Assembly (NCBI RefSeq): GCF_000196555.1
Contig: NC_015067.1
Span: 180,001-212,000 of the forward strand
DNA: 32,000 nt
DNA from: Bifidobacterium longum subsp. longum JCM 1217
GTDB lineage: Bacteria > Actinomycetota > Actinomycetes > Actinomycetales > Bifidobacteriaceae
Reading direction: 5' to 3'
In this document: piece after piece, positions 16,333 to 24,013 of the stretch
Layout of the letters: each line of letters begins with the position of its first letter
Numbering within the stretch: the first letter of the stretch is position 1
Position numbers and translations under genes: made by a program
Notes under the pieces: model-generated
Databases searched by the model: none
What the model was told of the DNA's origin: nothing
Seen by the model: only the letters and a program-made list of their open reading frames with translations

Positions 16333-19300
16333 ATGGCTACCAAACTGGTGATTGTGGAGTCTCCGACCAAGGCCCACAAGATCGGTGACTACCTGGGCAA
16401 GGGGTACACCGTCATGGCGTCGGTCGGCCATATCCGAGACCTCGCGCAGCCCAGCCAGGTGCCCGCGGCAGACAAGGCCAAGTTCGGCAAGTTCGGCGTG
16501 GACGTCAACGACGGGTTCAAGCCGTATTACATTGTCGACGGCGACAAGAAGCGTACGGTCAGCGAACTCAAATCGGCCCTGAAGAACGCCGATGAACTCT
16601 ATCTGGCGACTGATGAGGATCGCGAGGGCGAGGCCATCGCGTGGCACTTGGTGCAGACCTTGAAACCCGAGGTGCCGGTCAAGCGCATGGTGTTCCACGA
16701 GATCACCAAGAACGCCATCAACGCCTCCCTGAACAACACGCGCGATGTGGATGGCAATATGGTCGACGCACAGGAGACCCGCCGCATCCTCGACCGTCTG
16801 TACGGCTATGAGCTGTCGCCGGTGCTGTGGCGCAAGGTGGGCCCAGGCCTGTCCGCCGGCCGCGTGCAGTCCGTGGCCACCCGCCTGATCGTGGAACGCG
16901 AGCGCGAACGCATGGCGTTCAAGCGCGCACCGTACTGGGATATCGTCGCCACGCTGTCCGCGCCTGACGCGCTGGGGGAGCGTGCCGAATTCTCCGCCCG
17001 CATGATCGCGCTCGGCGGCAAGCGACTCGCCGGCTCCAAGGATTTCGGTGCCGACGGCCAGCTGACCCCGGACGGGTTCGCGGCGAACGTTCGCCAGCTT
17101 GATGAGGCTGGTGCCACTGCCGTGGCTGAAGCGCTGAGGACCGCCGATTTCACTGTGATGTCGATGGAAACCAAGCCGTACCGCCGCCGCCCGCAGCCGC
17201 CGTTCACCACCTCGACCCTGCAGCAGACCGCCGGCAATCGCCTCGGCATGGGTGCTCGCGCCGTGATGCGCGCGGCCCAAAGCCTGTACGAGAACGGCTA
17301 CATCACCTATATGCGAACCGATTCGGTGACGCTGTCGCAGGAGGGCATCACCGCCGCCCGCAACGCCGTCTCCTACCATTTCGGCGACAAGTTCCTCTCC
17401 GCCGAGCCCAAGCAGTACGCCACCAAAACCGCTGGCGCGCAGGAAGCCCACGAGTGTATTCGCCCGGCGGGCTCGCGCTTCCACGACCCGGACGAGCTGG
17501 CTTCCAAACTTCCCGGCGACCAGCTGCGCCTATACACGCTGATCTGGCAGCGCACGCTTGCCTGCCAGATGGCTGACGCCACCGGTTCCACCGCCACCGT
17601 GCGCCTGTCTGCGCCGGCCGGCCCCACCGAGGGCGAGGCCGTGTTCCAGGCGTCCGGCACCGTCATCGAATTCCCCGGCTTTATGAAGGCCACGGGGGAG
17701 GGGCGCAAGCCCAAGGCCGCCGCTCCCGGCGCTGGGGCTGGCTCGGACCAGGCTGCTGCCGCCGGCAAGACGGACGCCAAGGCCGTCAGGGGTGACGCCT
17801 CCGAATCCAACACCTCCCTGCCGCCGATGAGCGTCGGCCAGCAGGTCGAGGCAAGCGACATCGAACCGGACGGCCATGAAACCCAGCCGCCGGCCCGCTA
17901 CACCGAGGCCACGCTGGTCAAGACGCTGGAAGCCAAGGAGATCGGTCGCCCGTCCACTTACGCGAGCATTATCTCCACAATCATGGATCGCGGTTACGTA
18001 TACGAGCGTGGCCGTGCGCTGATCCCCAGCTGGCTCGCCTTCTCCGTGACCAAGTTGCTCGAGACGAACTTCCCCAAGCTGGTCGACTACCAGTTCACCG
18101 CCGAGATGGAAAACGGCCTTGACCGCATCGCCCACGGCGAGGAATCCGGCCGCGACTGGCTCACCCACTTCTACTTCGGTTCCGGCGAGGGCGCCGCCCG
18201 CAACGCCGACGAGGCGCACGAAGGCCTGCAACAGCAGGTCGCGCAGCTCGGCGAGATCGACGCGCGCGCCATCAACACCATCGACATCGGCGACGGCCTG
18301 CACGTGCGCGTCGGCCGTTACGGCCCGTATCTGGAAGACATGGAGCATCTGGACGCCGAAGGCAACCCGAAGCGCGCGTCTCTGCCGGACACCATCGCGC
18401 CGGATGAGCTGACGGTGGCCGTGGCCCGCGATTTGATCGACAACCACTCCGGTGGACCGCGCGAGCTGGGCGTTGATCCGGTATCCGGCGGTACCGTCGA
18501 GGTGCGCAATGGGCGTTTCGGCCCGTATGTGGCGTTGGTGCCGCCGGCTGAGGCTTCGGCTGGCGCTGCTGGCGATACTGCTGGTGCTTCTGCGGCCAAG
18601 AAGGGTTCGAAGAAGGCCGCGGCCGCCGCCGCGTCGCGCCCGAAGATGGCCTCGTTGTTCAAGACGATGAGCCCTGAATCGCTGTCGCTGGAAGACGCGC
18701 TAAAGCTGCTGAGCCTGCCGCGCGAAGTGGGCACATACGAGGAAACCAACGCCGAAACCGGCGAGGTATCCGAATGCACGGTGGCCGCCAACAACGGTCG
18801 CTACGGCCCCTACCTGACCAAGACGGGTGCCGACGGCAAGTCGGAGACCCGCTCGCTGGCCTCGGAAGACGAGATCTTCACGGTCGATATCGACAAGGCC
18901 AAAGAACTGTTCTCGCAGCCCAAGTACGGCCGCGGGCGTGGCCGTGGTGCCGCCAAGCCGCCGCTGCGTGATTTGGGCAAGGACCCGAACACCGGCAAGA
19001 ACGTGACCATCAAGGACGGCCGTTTCGGCGCGTACATCACCGATGGCGAGACCAACCGCACGGTGCCGCGTCAGTACACGCCTGAATCCATCACCCCTGA
19101 TGACGCCTTCCGACTGCTCGCCGAAAAGCGTGCGGCTGGTCCCTCCACCCGTGGCCGTCGCGGTGCTGGGCGTGCTGGTGGCGCCAAGGCCGTTGCCGGC
19201 AAGGGCAAGAAGGGCGGTACCTCGGCTGCGGTTTCGGCGCAGGAGGCCAAGCGCGCCGAACGCCGTGCCGAAGTCAAGAAGTTGGCGAACAAGGGCTGGT

Positions 19301-19419
19301 CCAACCAGCGCATCGCCGAAAAACTCGGTTCCACCCCCGCCACTGTGAAAAAGGACGTCGACTGGCTGACCGCCAACGAGGGCTACGAGCGCCCCGCCGT
19401 AATTCCCAAGCGTGGCTGA
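16333..19419 (+). CDS. topA: DNA topoisomerase I
   Basis: AAGGAG lies 5 nt before ATG 16333 (MATKLVIVESPTKAHKIGDYLG). The Toprim acidic cluster is ATDEDREGEAIAWHL and the active-site Tyr context is YITYMRTDS. There are four cysteine-less C-terminal repeats (GRYGPY, GRFGPY, GRYGPY, GRFGAY), a Lys/Arg/Gly-rich tail and a final HTH-like segment. Confidence 0.97.
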   Translation: MATKLVIVESPTKAHKIGDYLGKGYTVMASVGHIRDLAQPSQVPAADKAKFGKFGVDVNDGFKPYYIVDGDKKRTVSELKSALKNADELYLATDEDREGEAIAWHLVQTLKPEVPVKRMVFHEITKNAINASLNNTRDVDGNMVDAQETRRILDRLYGYELSPVLWRKVGPGLSAGRVQSVATRLIVERERERMAFKRAPYWDIVATLSAPDALGERAEFSARMIALGGKRLAGSKDFGADGQLTPDGFAANVRQLDEAGATAVAEALRTADFTVMSMETKPYRRRPQPPFTTSTLQQTAGNRLGMGARAVMRAAQSLYENGYITYMRTDSVTLSQEGITAARNAVSYHFGDKFLSAEPKQYATKTAGAQEAHECIRPAGSRFHDPDELASKLPGDQLRLYTLIWQRTLACQMADATGSTATVRLSAPAGPTEGEAVFQASGTVIEFPGFMKATGEGRKPKAAAPGAGAGSDQAAAAGKTDAKAVRGDASESNTSLPPMSVGQQVEASDIEPDGHETQPPARYTEATLVKTLEAKEIGRPSTYASIISTIMDRGYVYERGRALIPSWLAFSVTKLLETNFPKLVDYQFTAEMENGLDRIAHGEESGRDWLTHFYFGSGEGAARNADEAHEGLQQQVAQLGEIDARAINTIDIGDGLHVRVGRYGPYLEDMEHLDAEGNPKRASLPDTIAPDELTVAVARDLIDNHSGGPRELGVDPVSGGTVEVRNGRFGPYVALVPPAEASAGAAGDTAGASAAKKGSKKAAAAAASRPKMASLFKTMSPESLSLEDALKLLSLPREVGTYEETNAETGEVSECTVAANNGRYGPYLTKTGADGKSETRSLASEDEIFTVDIDKAKELFSQPKYGRGRGRGAAKPPLRDLGKDPNTGKNVTIKDGRFGAYITDGETNRTVPRQYTPESITPDDAFRLLAEKRAAGPSTRGRRGAGRAGGAKAVAGKGKKGGTSAAVSAQEAKRAERRAEVKKLANKGWSNQRIAEKLGSTPATVKKDVDWLTANEGYERPAVIPKRG

Positions 19420-19431
19420 GCGGAATTATTG

Positions 19432-19642
19432 CTCTACTTGCGTTTCAAGGGGCTGATTTCTCGTTTTGAGAATATCTACTTGCGTTTCAAGGGGCTGGTC
19501 ATCTGCTGAACCACGAGTATGAACGGCTCCGCGCCAACGTCATTCCGCCGTTTTGGAACGTTGTCTACTTGGGCAACAGCCCCTCGAAACGGAAGTAGAC
19601 CTTCAGAAAAGACCAAATCAGCCCCTTGAAACGGAGGTAGAG
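19432..19642. repeat. nested inverted-repeat element R1 (2 forward + 2 reverse copies of a ~26-nt unit), BIME/MITE-like
   Basis: Forward units are ctctacttgcgtttcaaggggctgatttc (19432-19460) and atctacttgcgtttcaaggggctgg (19474-19498). Reverse units are cagcccctcgaaacggaagtagac (19577-19600) and aaatcagccccttgaaacggaggtagag (19615-19642). The outer units pair with each other and so do the inner units. The element starts 13 nt after the topA stop and is homologous in architecture and sequence to 25551-25745. Confidence 0.85.
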
Positions 19643-19696
19643 CTGGTTTAACTGCCTGTTGGGCGCAACTCTGCGCCTAACGCTAAGGTCAATAGC

Positions 19697-20317
19697 ATGA
19701 GCGGTCTGTTTGTTTCGTTTGAAGGTGTCGATGGCGTGGGCAAGACCACGCAAGTCGAGCGGCTGCATGCGTATCTTGAGGCTCAGGGGCGTACCGTGGT
19801 CGTTACCCGTGAGCCGGGAGGCACTGCGTTAGGCAAGGCCATTCGCCAACTGCTGTTGCACGGTGTGGATGGGGGCGCAGTCGACATCGCACCGCGCGCC
19901 GAGGCGCTGCTATTCGCTGCAGACCGAGCCCAGCACGTTGCCGAAACCATCCGCCCGGCATTGGAGCGCGGTGAAGTGGTGATCACCGACCGCTATTTAG
20001 ACTCTTCCTTGGCCTATCAGGCCGGTGGCCGCGAACTCACGCCAGAAGAGATTCGATCCTTAAGCATGTGGGCCACCAACAACCTGCTGCCCGACCGCAC
20101 GTATTTGCTGGATATGGACCCAGCCCTGTCCCACCATCGCCTCGAACACGCGGAAGACCGTATGGAATCGGCCGGTGATGACTTCCAGTCCCGCACCCGC
20201 CAGGCCTTCTTGGACTTGGCCGCCGCCGAGCCGAATCGTTTCCGCGTTATCGATGCGAGCCAGAGCATTGAAGCGGTATGGGCTGCCATCGAATCCGACA
20301 TCAAGGAGCTCGCATGA
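19697..20317 (+). CDS. tmk: thymidylate kinase
   Basis: 206 aa. The P-loop is [15 protein letters not shown], followed by TREPGGT and the DRY-type motif [13 protein letters not shown]. The stop TGA 20315-20317 overlaps the holB ATG (ATGA). Confidence 0.95.
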   Translation: MSGLFVSFEGVDGVGKTTQVERLHAYLEAQGRTVVVTREPGGTALGKAIRQLLLHGVDGGAVDIAPRAEALLFAADRAQHVAETIRPALERGEVVITDRYLDSSLAYQAGGRELTPEEIRSLSMWATNNLLPDRTYLLDMDPALSHHRLEHAEDRMESAGDDFQSRTRQAFLDLAAAEPNRFRVIDASQSIEAVWAAIESDIKELA

Positions 20318-21465
20318 GCGTATGGGATTCACTAGTCGGCCAAAAGCCGGTAATCGACATGCTCAGTCGTATCGCGCAGGGCGACCCGAGCCAGATCACC
20401 CAGTCGTGGCTGATCTGTGGACCTCCCGGATCGGGCCGTTCCAACATGGCCCGAGCATTCGCGGCGGCGCTGGAAAGCCCGGATCACGGCATGAGCGCTG
20501 AGCCCACGCGCGTCACCCAGCAGGTGCTTGCCGGCACGCATCCGGATGTCACGGTGCTGACCACGAACAAGGTGACTATTGGTATCGATCAGGTGCGTGA
20601 GATCATCACTACCTCCGAGCAGATGCCCGCCACCGCACCGTGGCGCATCATCATCATCGAAGACGTGGATCGCATGCTTGAGCGCACCACCAACGTGCTC
20701 TTGAAAGAGATTGAGGAGCCGGCCGAGCATTGCATCTGGCTACTGTGCGCGCCCAGCGCCCAGGACGTGCTGCCCACCATCCGCTCGCGCACACGCATCG
20801 TGAACCTCGCCGTGCCCTCCACCCAGGCGGTGGCCGGATTCCTGACCTCCACCACCAATGTCGAGCCAAAAGTGGCGCAGCGTGCGGCCCGACTCGCCGA
20901 AGGCCATATCGGCATCGCCAAGTTGTACGCCACCGACGAACGGGTTATGTCCGACCGCGATGAACTTGTGGTCGGTGTGCTGAATCTGGCCCGTGCCTCG
21001 GATGCAGTGTTGTTGGCCGGCAATCTTATCGACAATGCCAAGGCCCAGGCCGAGGCAGACGCGAACCGCATCACCGCCGGTCAGGAAGCGGAATTCCGCC
21101 GCATCAACGGACTGGCACCGAGCGACCGCATCCCGCCGAAACTGCGTGGCGCATTCAACCAGATTGCCAAGAAAGACGATGTGAAGCGTTTGGTCACCCG
21201 CCGTACGCGCGACGTATTGGATCGTGCGCTGAACTCCATCGCCTCCATCTACCGAGATGTGGCGGTGCTGCAGAACAATGCGGAGGATTCGGTGGGCCTC
21301 ATCAACCTGGAGAACCGCTCGTCGATCACCGAATTGTCGGTGCGGTTGAACCGGGCCGGTGCCGTGACCCGTCTGGACGAAGTGGCCCACGCCCGCAAGC
21401 GCCTAGCCGGCAACGGCAACCCGCTACTGGTATTCGAGTCCCTCTTCTGCGCCCTGATCCCATAA
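20314..21465 (+). CDS. holB: DNA polymerase III subunit delta'
   Basis: ATG 20314 ([17 protein letters not shown]) overlaps the tmk stop by 4 bp. Motifs: [39 protein letters not shown]. The track start at 20278 lies inside tmk. Confidence 0.9.
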   Translation: MSVWDSLVGQKPVIDMLSRIAQGDPSQITQSWLICGPPGSGRSNMARAFAAALESPDHGMSAEPTRVTQQVLAGTHPDVTVLTTNKVTIGIDQVREIITTSEQMPATAPWRIIIIEDVDRMLERTTNVLLKEIEEPAEHCIWLLCAPSAQDVLPTIRSRTRIVNLAVPSTQAVAGFLTSTTNVEPKVAQRAARLAEGHIGIAKLYATDERVMSDRDELVVGVLNLARASDAVLLAGNLIDNAKAQAEADANRITAGQEAEFRRINGLAPSDRIPPKLRGAFNQIAKKDDVKRLVTRRTRDVLDRALNSIASIYRDVAVLQNNAEDSVGLINLENRSSITELSVRLNRAGAVTRLDEVAHARKRLAGNGNPLLVFESLFCALIP

Positions 21466-21477
21466 CCCGACGCAACT

Positions 21478-21555
21478 AGCCCCCCTCTGATGAGTGGGGG
21501 CTGTCGAGCGTAGCGAGACTGGGGGAGAGACCCCGTAACGCACAGCCCCCAGTAC
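21478..21555 (+). repeat. G5/C5-clamped double-hairpin repeat, copy S1 (just after the holB stop)
   Basis: AGCCCCCC-tctgatgagt-GGGGGCT, then GTCgagcgtagcgaGAC, then TGGGGG, then ...CAGCCCCCAGTAC. The core GGGGGCTGTC...GACTGGGGG is shared with 22147-22198 and 25774-25822. Confidence 0.6.
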
Positions 21556-21583
21556 GTCACACATATGAGCGATACTGGGACGT

Positions 21584-22138
21584 ATGAAGATTTCCGCCGA
21601 TTTCACCGTCATCCCGGACGATTTCGCCAAGGCTGCGGCCCCTGAATATTTCAATGGTGGCGTGCCTGTGGTCTCCTTCCCGTTCTACATCGATGATGTG
21701 GATCCCGAGGCCCGCTACCTGCACTGGGAGTTCGTGGACCCGGATTCGATTCCGGTCTGCGGCTTCGAGTGGATTCACTGGTCCGTGGCCAATCTGCCGA
21801 TTGATGCGCTGATGTACGACTTCAATGATTCGCATGCGTTGGCCATCCCGCCGGACTTCTCCCGTCAGCTGCCGGCCATGATTCCCGAGACCGTGCAGGG
21901 GTGCAACTCCTCGGCCTCCAAGTTCTTGGGCCGCAGCACTGACCCGGCGGTGATCATGCGGTACAACGGTCCGCAGCCGCCGGACAAGGATCATGAGTAC
22001 TACCTGCAGGTGTGGGCCACCAAGAAGCCGTTGCCCGGCTTGAATCAGGGCTTCTGGCTCAACGAGCTGTTGCACGCGCTGCGCAACAGCGGTGAAGTGC
22101 CCGACACCGACGGCATCTTCCTGACCGGCAAGGCGTGA
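21584..22138 (+). CDS. YbhB/YbcL-family (PEBP / Raf-kinase-inhibitor-like) protein
   Basis: 184 aa. The PEBP signatures are FVDPDSIPVCGFEWIHWSV (DPD...HW) and YNGPQPPDKDHEYYLQVWA (GPxPP...H.Y). Confidence 0.8.
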   Translation: MKISADFTVIPDDFAKAAAPEYFNGGVPVVSFPFYIDDVDPEARYLHWEFVDPDSIPVCGFEWIHWSVANLPIDALMYDFNDSHALAIPPDFSRQLPAMIPETVQGCNSSASKFLGRSTDPAVIMRYNGPQPPDKDHEYYLQVWATKKPLPGLNQGFWLNELLHALRNSGEVPDTDGIFLTGKA

Positions 22139-22146
22139 GCCACATG

Positions 22147-22198
22147 AGCCCCCGCAGGCGGGGGCTGTCAGCATCACTGACTGGGGGTGGGTCAGTAC
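22147..22198 (+). repeat. G5/C5-clamped double-hairpin repeat, copy S2 (just after the PEBP-like gene stop)
   Basis: AGCCCCCG-cagg-CGGGGGCT, then GTCAG-catca-CTGAC, then TGGGGGtgggtCAGTAC. It has the same order and orientation as S1. Confidence 0.6.
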
Positions 22199-22280
22199 AA
22201 AACCACCTTCAGTCCGACTTCGTCGTCCAGCTCCCGCCAGTGGGAGCGTGACCACAACAAAGAAAGGACACCATCACACT

Positions 22281-23882
22281 ATGGCCTGCACCACGATTCT
22301 GGTAGGTAAAGACGCGAGCTATGACGGCTCGACCATCATCGCCCGCAACGAGGATTCCGCGAACGGCGAGTTCAACCCGAAGCGCTTCATCGTCGTGAAG
22401 CCGGAGGAACAGCCGCGCGAATACAAGTCGGTGATCTCCCACCTAACCATCACCCTGCCGGACGACCCGCTGCAGTACACCGCCGTGCCGAACGCGGACC
22501 TCAAGGAAGGTATTTGGGGCGAGGCCGGCGTCAACGAGGCGAACGTGGCGATGAGCGCCACCGAAACCCTGACCACCAACGAGCGCGTGCTCGGCGCCGA
22601 CCCGTTCGTGGAATACACGCCGGCCAAGGGCGATGAGCCCGAGGTGCCCGGCGGCATCGGCGAAGAGGACTTCCTGACCATCGTGCTGCCGTATGTCAAG
22701 ACCGCACGCGAGGGCGTCCAGCGCCTCGGCGCGCTGCTTGAGGAATTCGGCACCTACGAGATGAATGGCGTCGCCTTCTCCGACTCCAACGAAATCTGGT
22801 GGCTGGAAACTGTGGGCGGCCATCACTGGATTGCCAAGCGCGTGCCGGACGAGGCCTACGTGACCATGCCGAACCAGCTCGGTATCGACGAATTCGACCT
22901 TGAGGACGCTCTGGGTGACCAGGAAGCGCACATGTGTTCCGAAGACCTTGCCGAATTCATCGAAACCAACCATTTGGACCTCGCGGTGGAGAACACTACC
23001 CCGTTCAACCCGCGCGATGCCTTCGGCTCCCACTCCGACTCCGACCACGTGTACAACACCCCGCGCGCCTGGTACATGCAGCGCTTCCTCAACCCGTACG
23101 ACGAGGTGTGGGACGGCCCGGACGCCGACCACAAGCCCACCTCCGACGACATCCCGTGGGCCCGTCAGCCTGAGCGCAAGGTGACCATCGAGGATATCAA
23201 GTACGTGCTGAGCTCCCACTACCAGGGCACCCCGTTCGATCCGTACGGCCAGCTGGGCGATGAGCGCACCCGCCACATGTACCGCACGATCGGCATCAAC
23301 CGCCAGAGCCAGCTCGCGGTGATGCAGATCCGCCCGTACCGCCCGCAGGCCTCCCGCGCCATCCAGTGGATGGCATACGGCTCCAACCCGTTCAACACGC
23401 TGGTACCGTTCTTCCCGAACGTGGACACCACGCCCGCCTACCTTGAGGACACCACTACCCGCGTGACGTCCGAGAACTTCTACTGGGCCAACCGCATCAT
23501 CGCCGCCCTGTGCGATGGCGCCTTCCGCTCCACGTCCAACGCCGTTGAGCGCTACCAGGAGAAGACCGGTGCGATGGGCCACCGCTTGGTCGCCGCCACC
23601 GACGAGCAGATCGCCCGTCTGGGCTTGACGGCCGCCGAGGAAGCCGCGCAGTCCGCCGCTGAAGAGGAATTTGAGGCCGACAACGTGGATGGCGATGTGC
23701 AGCCGATGACCCCGGACGAGACCATCGCCGCGCTGCGTAACCCCGAGGTGCGCGAGATTCTCGCCGCCGCCAACCAGACCATGGCCGACCAGCTCAAGGA
23801 GGAAACCGAAAAGCTGCTTGACTCCGTGCTGTACACTCGCAGCATGGAAATGAAGAACGGCTTCCACATGTCCGACTTTTAG
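22281..23882 (+). CDS. pepD: C69-family dipeptidase
   Basis: I place the start at ATG 22281 so the product begins MACTTILVGKDASYDGSTIIARNEDS, with the N-terminal nucleophile Cys typical of peptidase C69. GAAAGGA lies upstream. The track start GTG 22248 would add an unlikely MTTTKKGHHHT extension. About 533 aa. Confidence 0.9.
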   Translation: MACTTILVGKDASYDGSTIIARNEDSANGEFNPKRFIVVKPEEQPREYKSVISHLTITLPDDPLQYTAVPNADLKEGIWGEAGVNEANVAMSATETLTTNERVLGADPFVEYTPAKGDEPEVPGGIGEEDFLTIVLPYVKTAREGVQRLGALLEEFGTYEMNGVAFSDSNEIWWLETVGGHHWIAKRVPDEAYVTMPNQLGIDEFDLEDALGDQEAHMCSEDLAEFIETNHLDLAVENTTPFNPRDAFGSHSDSDHVYNTPRAWYMQRFLNPYDEVWDGPDADHKPTSDDIPWARQPERKVTIEDIKYVLSSHYQGTPFDPYGQLGDERTRHMYRTIGINRQSQLAVMQIRPYRPQASRAIQWMAYGSNPFNTLVPFFPNVDTTPAYLEDTTTRVTSENFYWANRIIAALCDGAFRSTSNAVERYQEKTGAMGHRLVAATDEQIARLGLTAAEEAAQSAAEEEFEADNVDGDVQPMTPDETIAALRNPEVREILAAANQTMADQLKEETEKLLDSVLYTRSMEMKNGFHMSDF

Positions 23883-23923
23883 TCCGTATTGAGCTCCCCT
23901 CCCTGAGGGGCTGAGCCGTTAAG

Positions 23924-23947
23924 AAAACAGCCCAGTGGGCTGTTTTT
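23924..23947 (+). terminator. rho-independent terminator of the dipeptidase gene
   Basis: AAAACAGCCC-agt-GGGCTGTTTT, running into a T5 tract. It is preceded by a second small hairpin, CCCCTC-cct-GAGGGG (about 23896-23910). Confidence 0.8.
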
Positions 23948-24013
23948 AGGCGAAGAGGCGGCGACTGCCGCCCCACCACCCCGCCCCATCACACAAACAC
24001 AGAAAGGCTTTAT

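Noticed and set aside
19432-19642. Whether the repeated ~26-nt units here and at 25551-25745 could be a small CRISPR array.
   Set aside because: The units are only 38-42 bp apart start to start, giving spacers of about 13 nt. They occur in both orientations as nested inverted repeats, there are only two per arm, and there are no cas genes in the window. They are not CRISPR.
4588-22280. N-terminal extensions implied by the longest-ORF track: ask TTG 4588, leuA 10258, PBP GTG 14735, PAP2 GTG 15019, topA GTG 16327, holB 20278, dipeptidase GTG 22248.
   Set aside because: In each case a downstream start yields the canonical family N-terminus and/or has a clear Shine-Dalgarno sequence. The extended start lacks one or lies inside the preceding gene.
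23948-24013. A ZTP (pfl-motif) riboswitch, which often precedes fhs, purH or folD.
   Set aside because: The 5' region contains a GGCGGC/GCCGCC hairpin and a C-rich run (CCCCACCACCCCGCCCC). I could not find the conserved GGGTCGTGA.../...CCGCCTGGGC elements, and the spacer after the upstream terminator is too short for the two-subdomain fold. An Rfam scan would settle the question.
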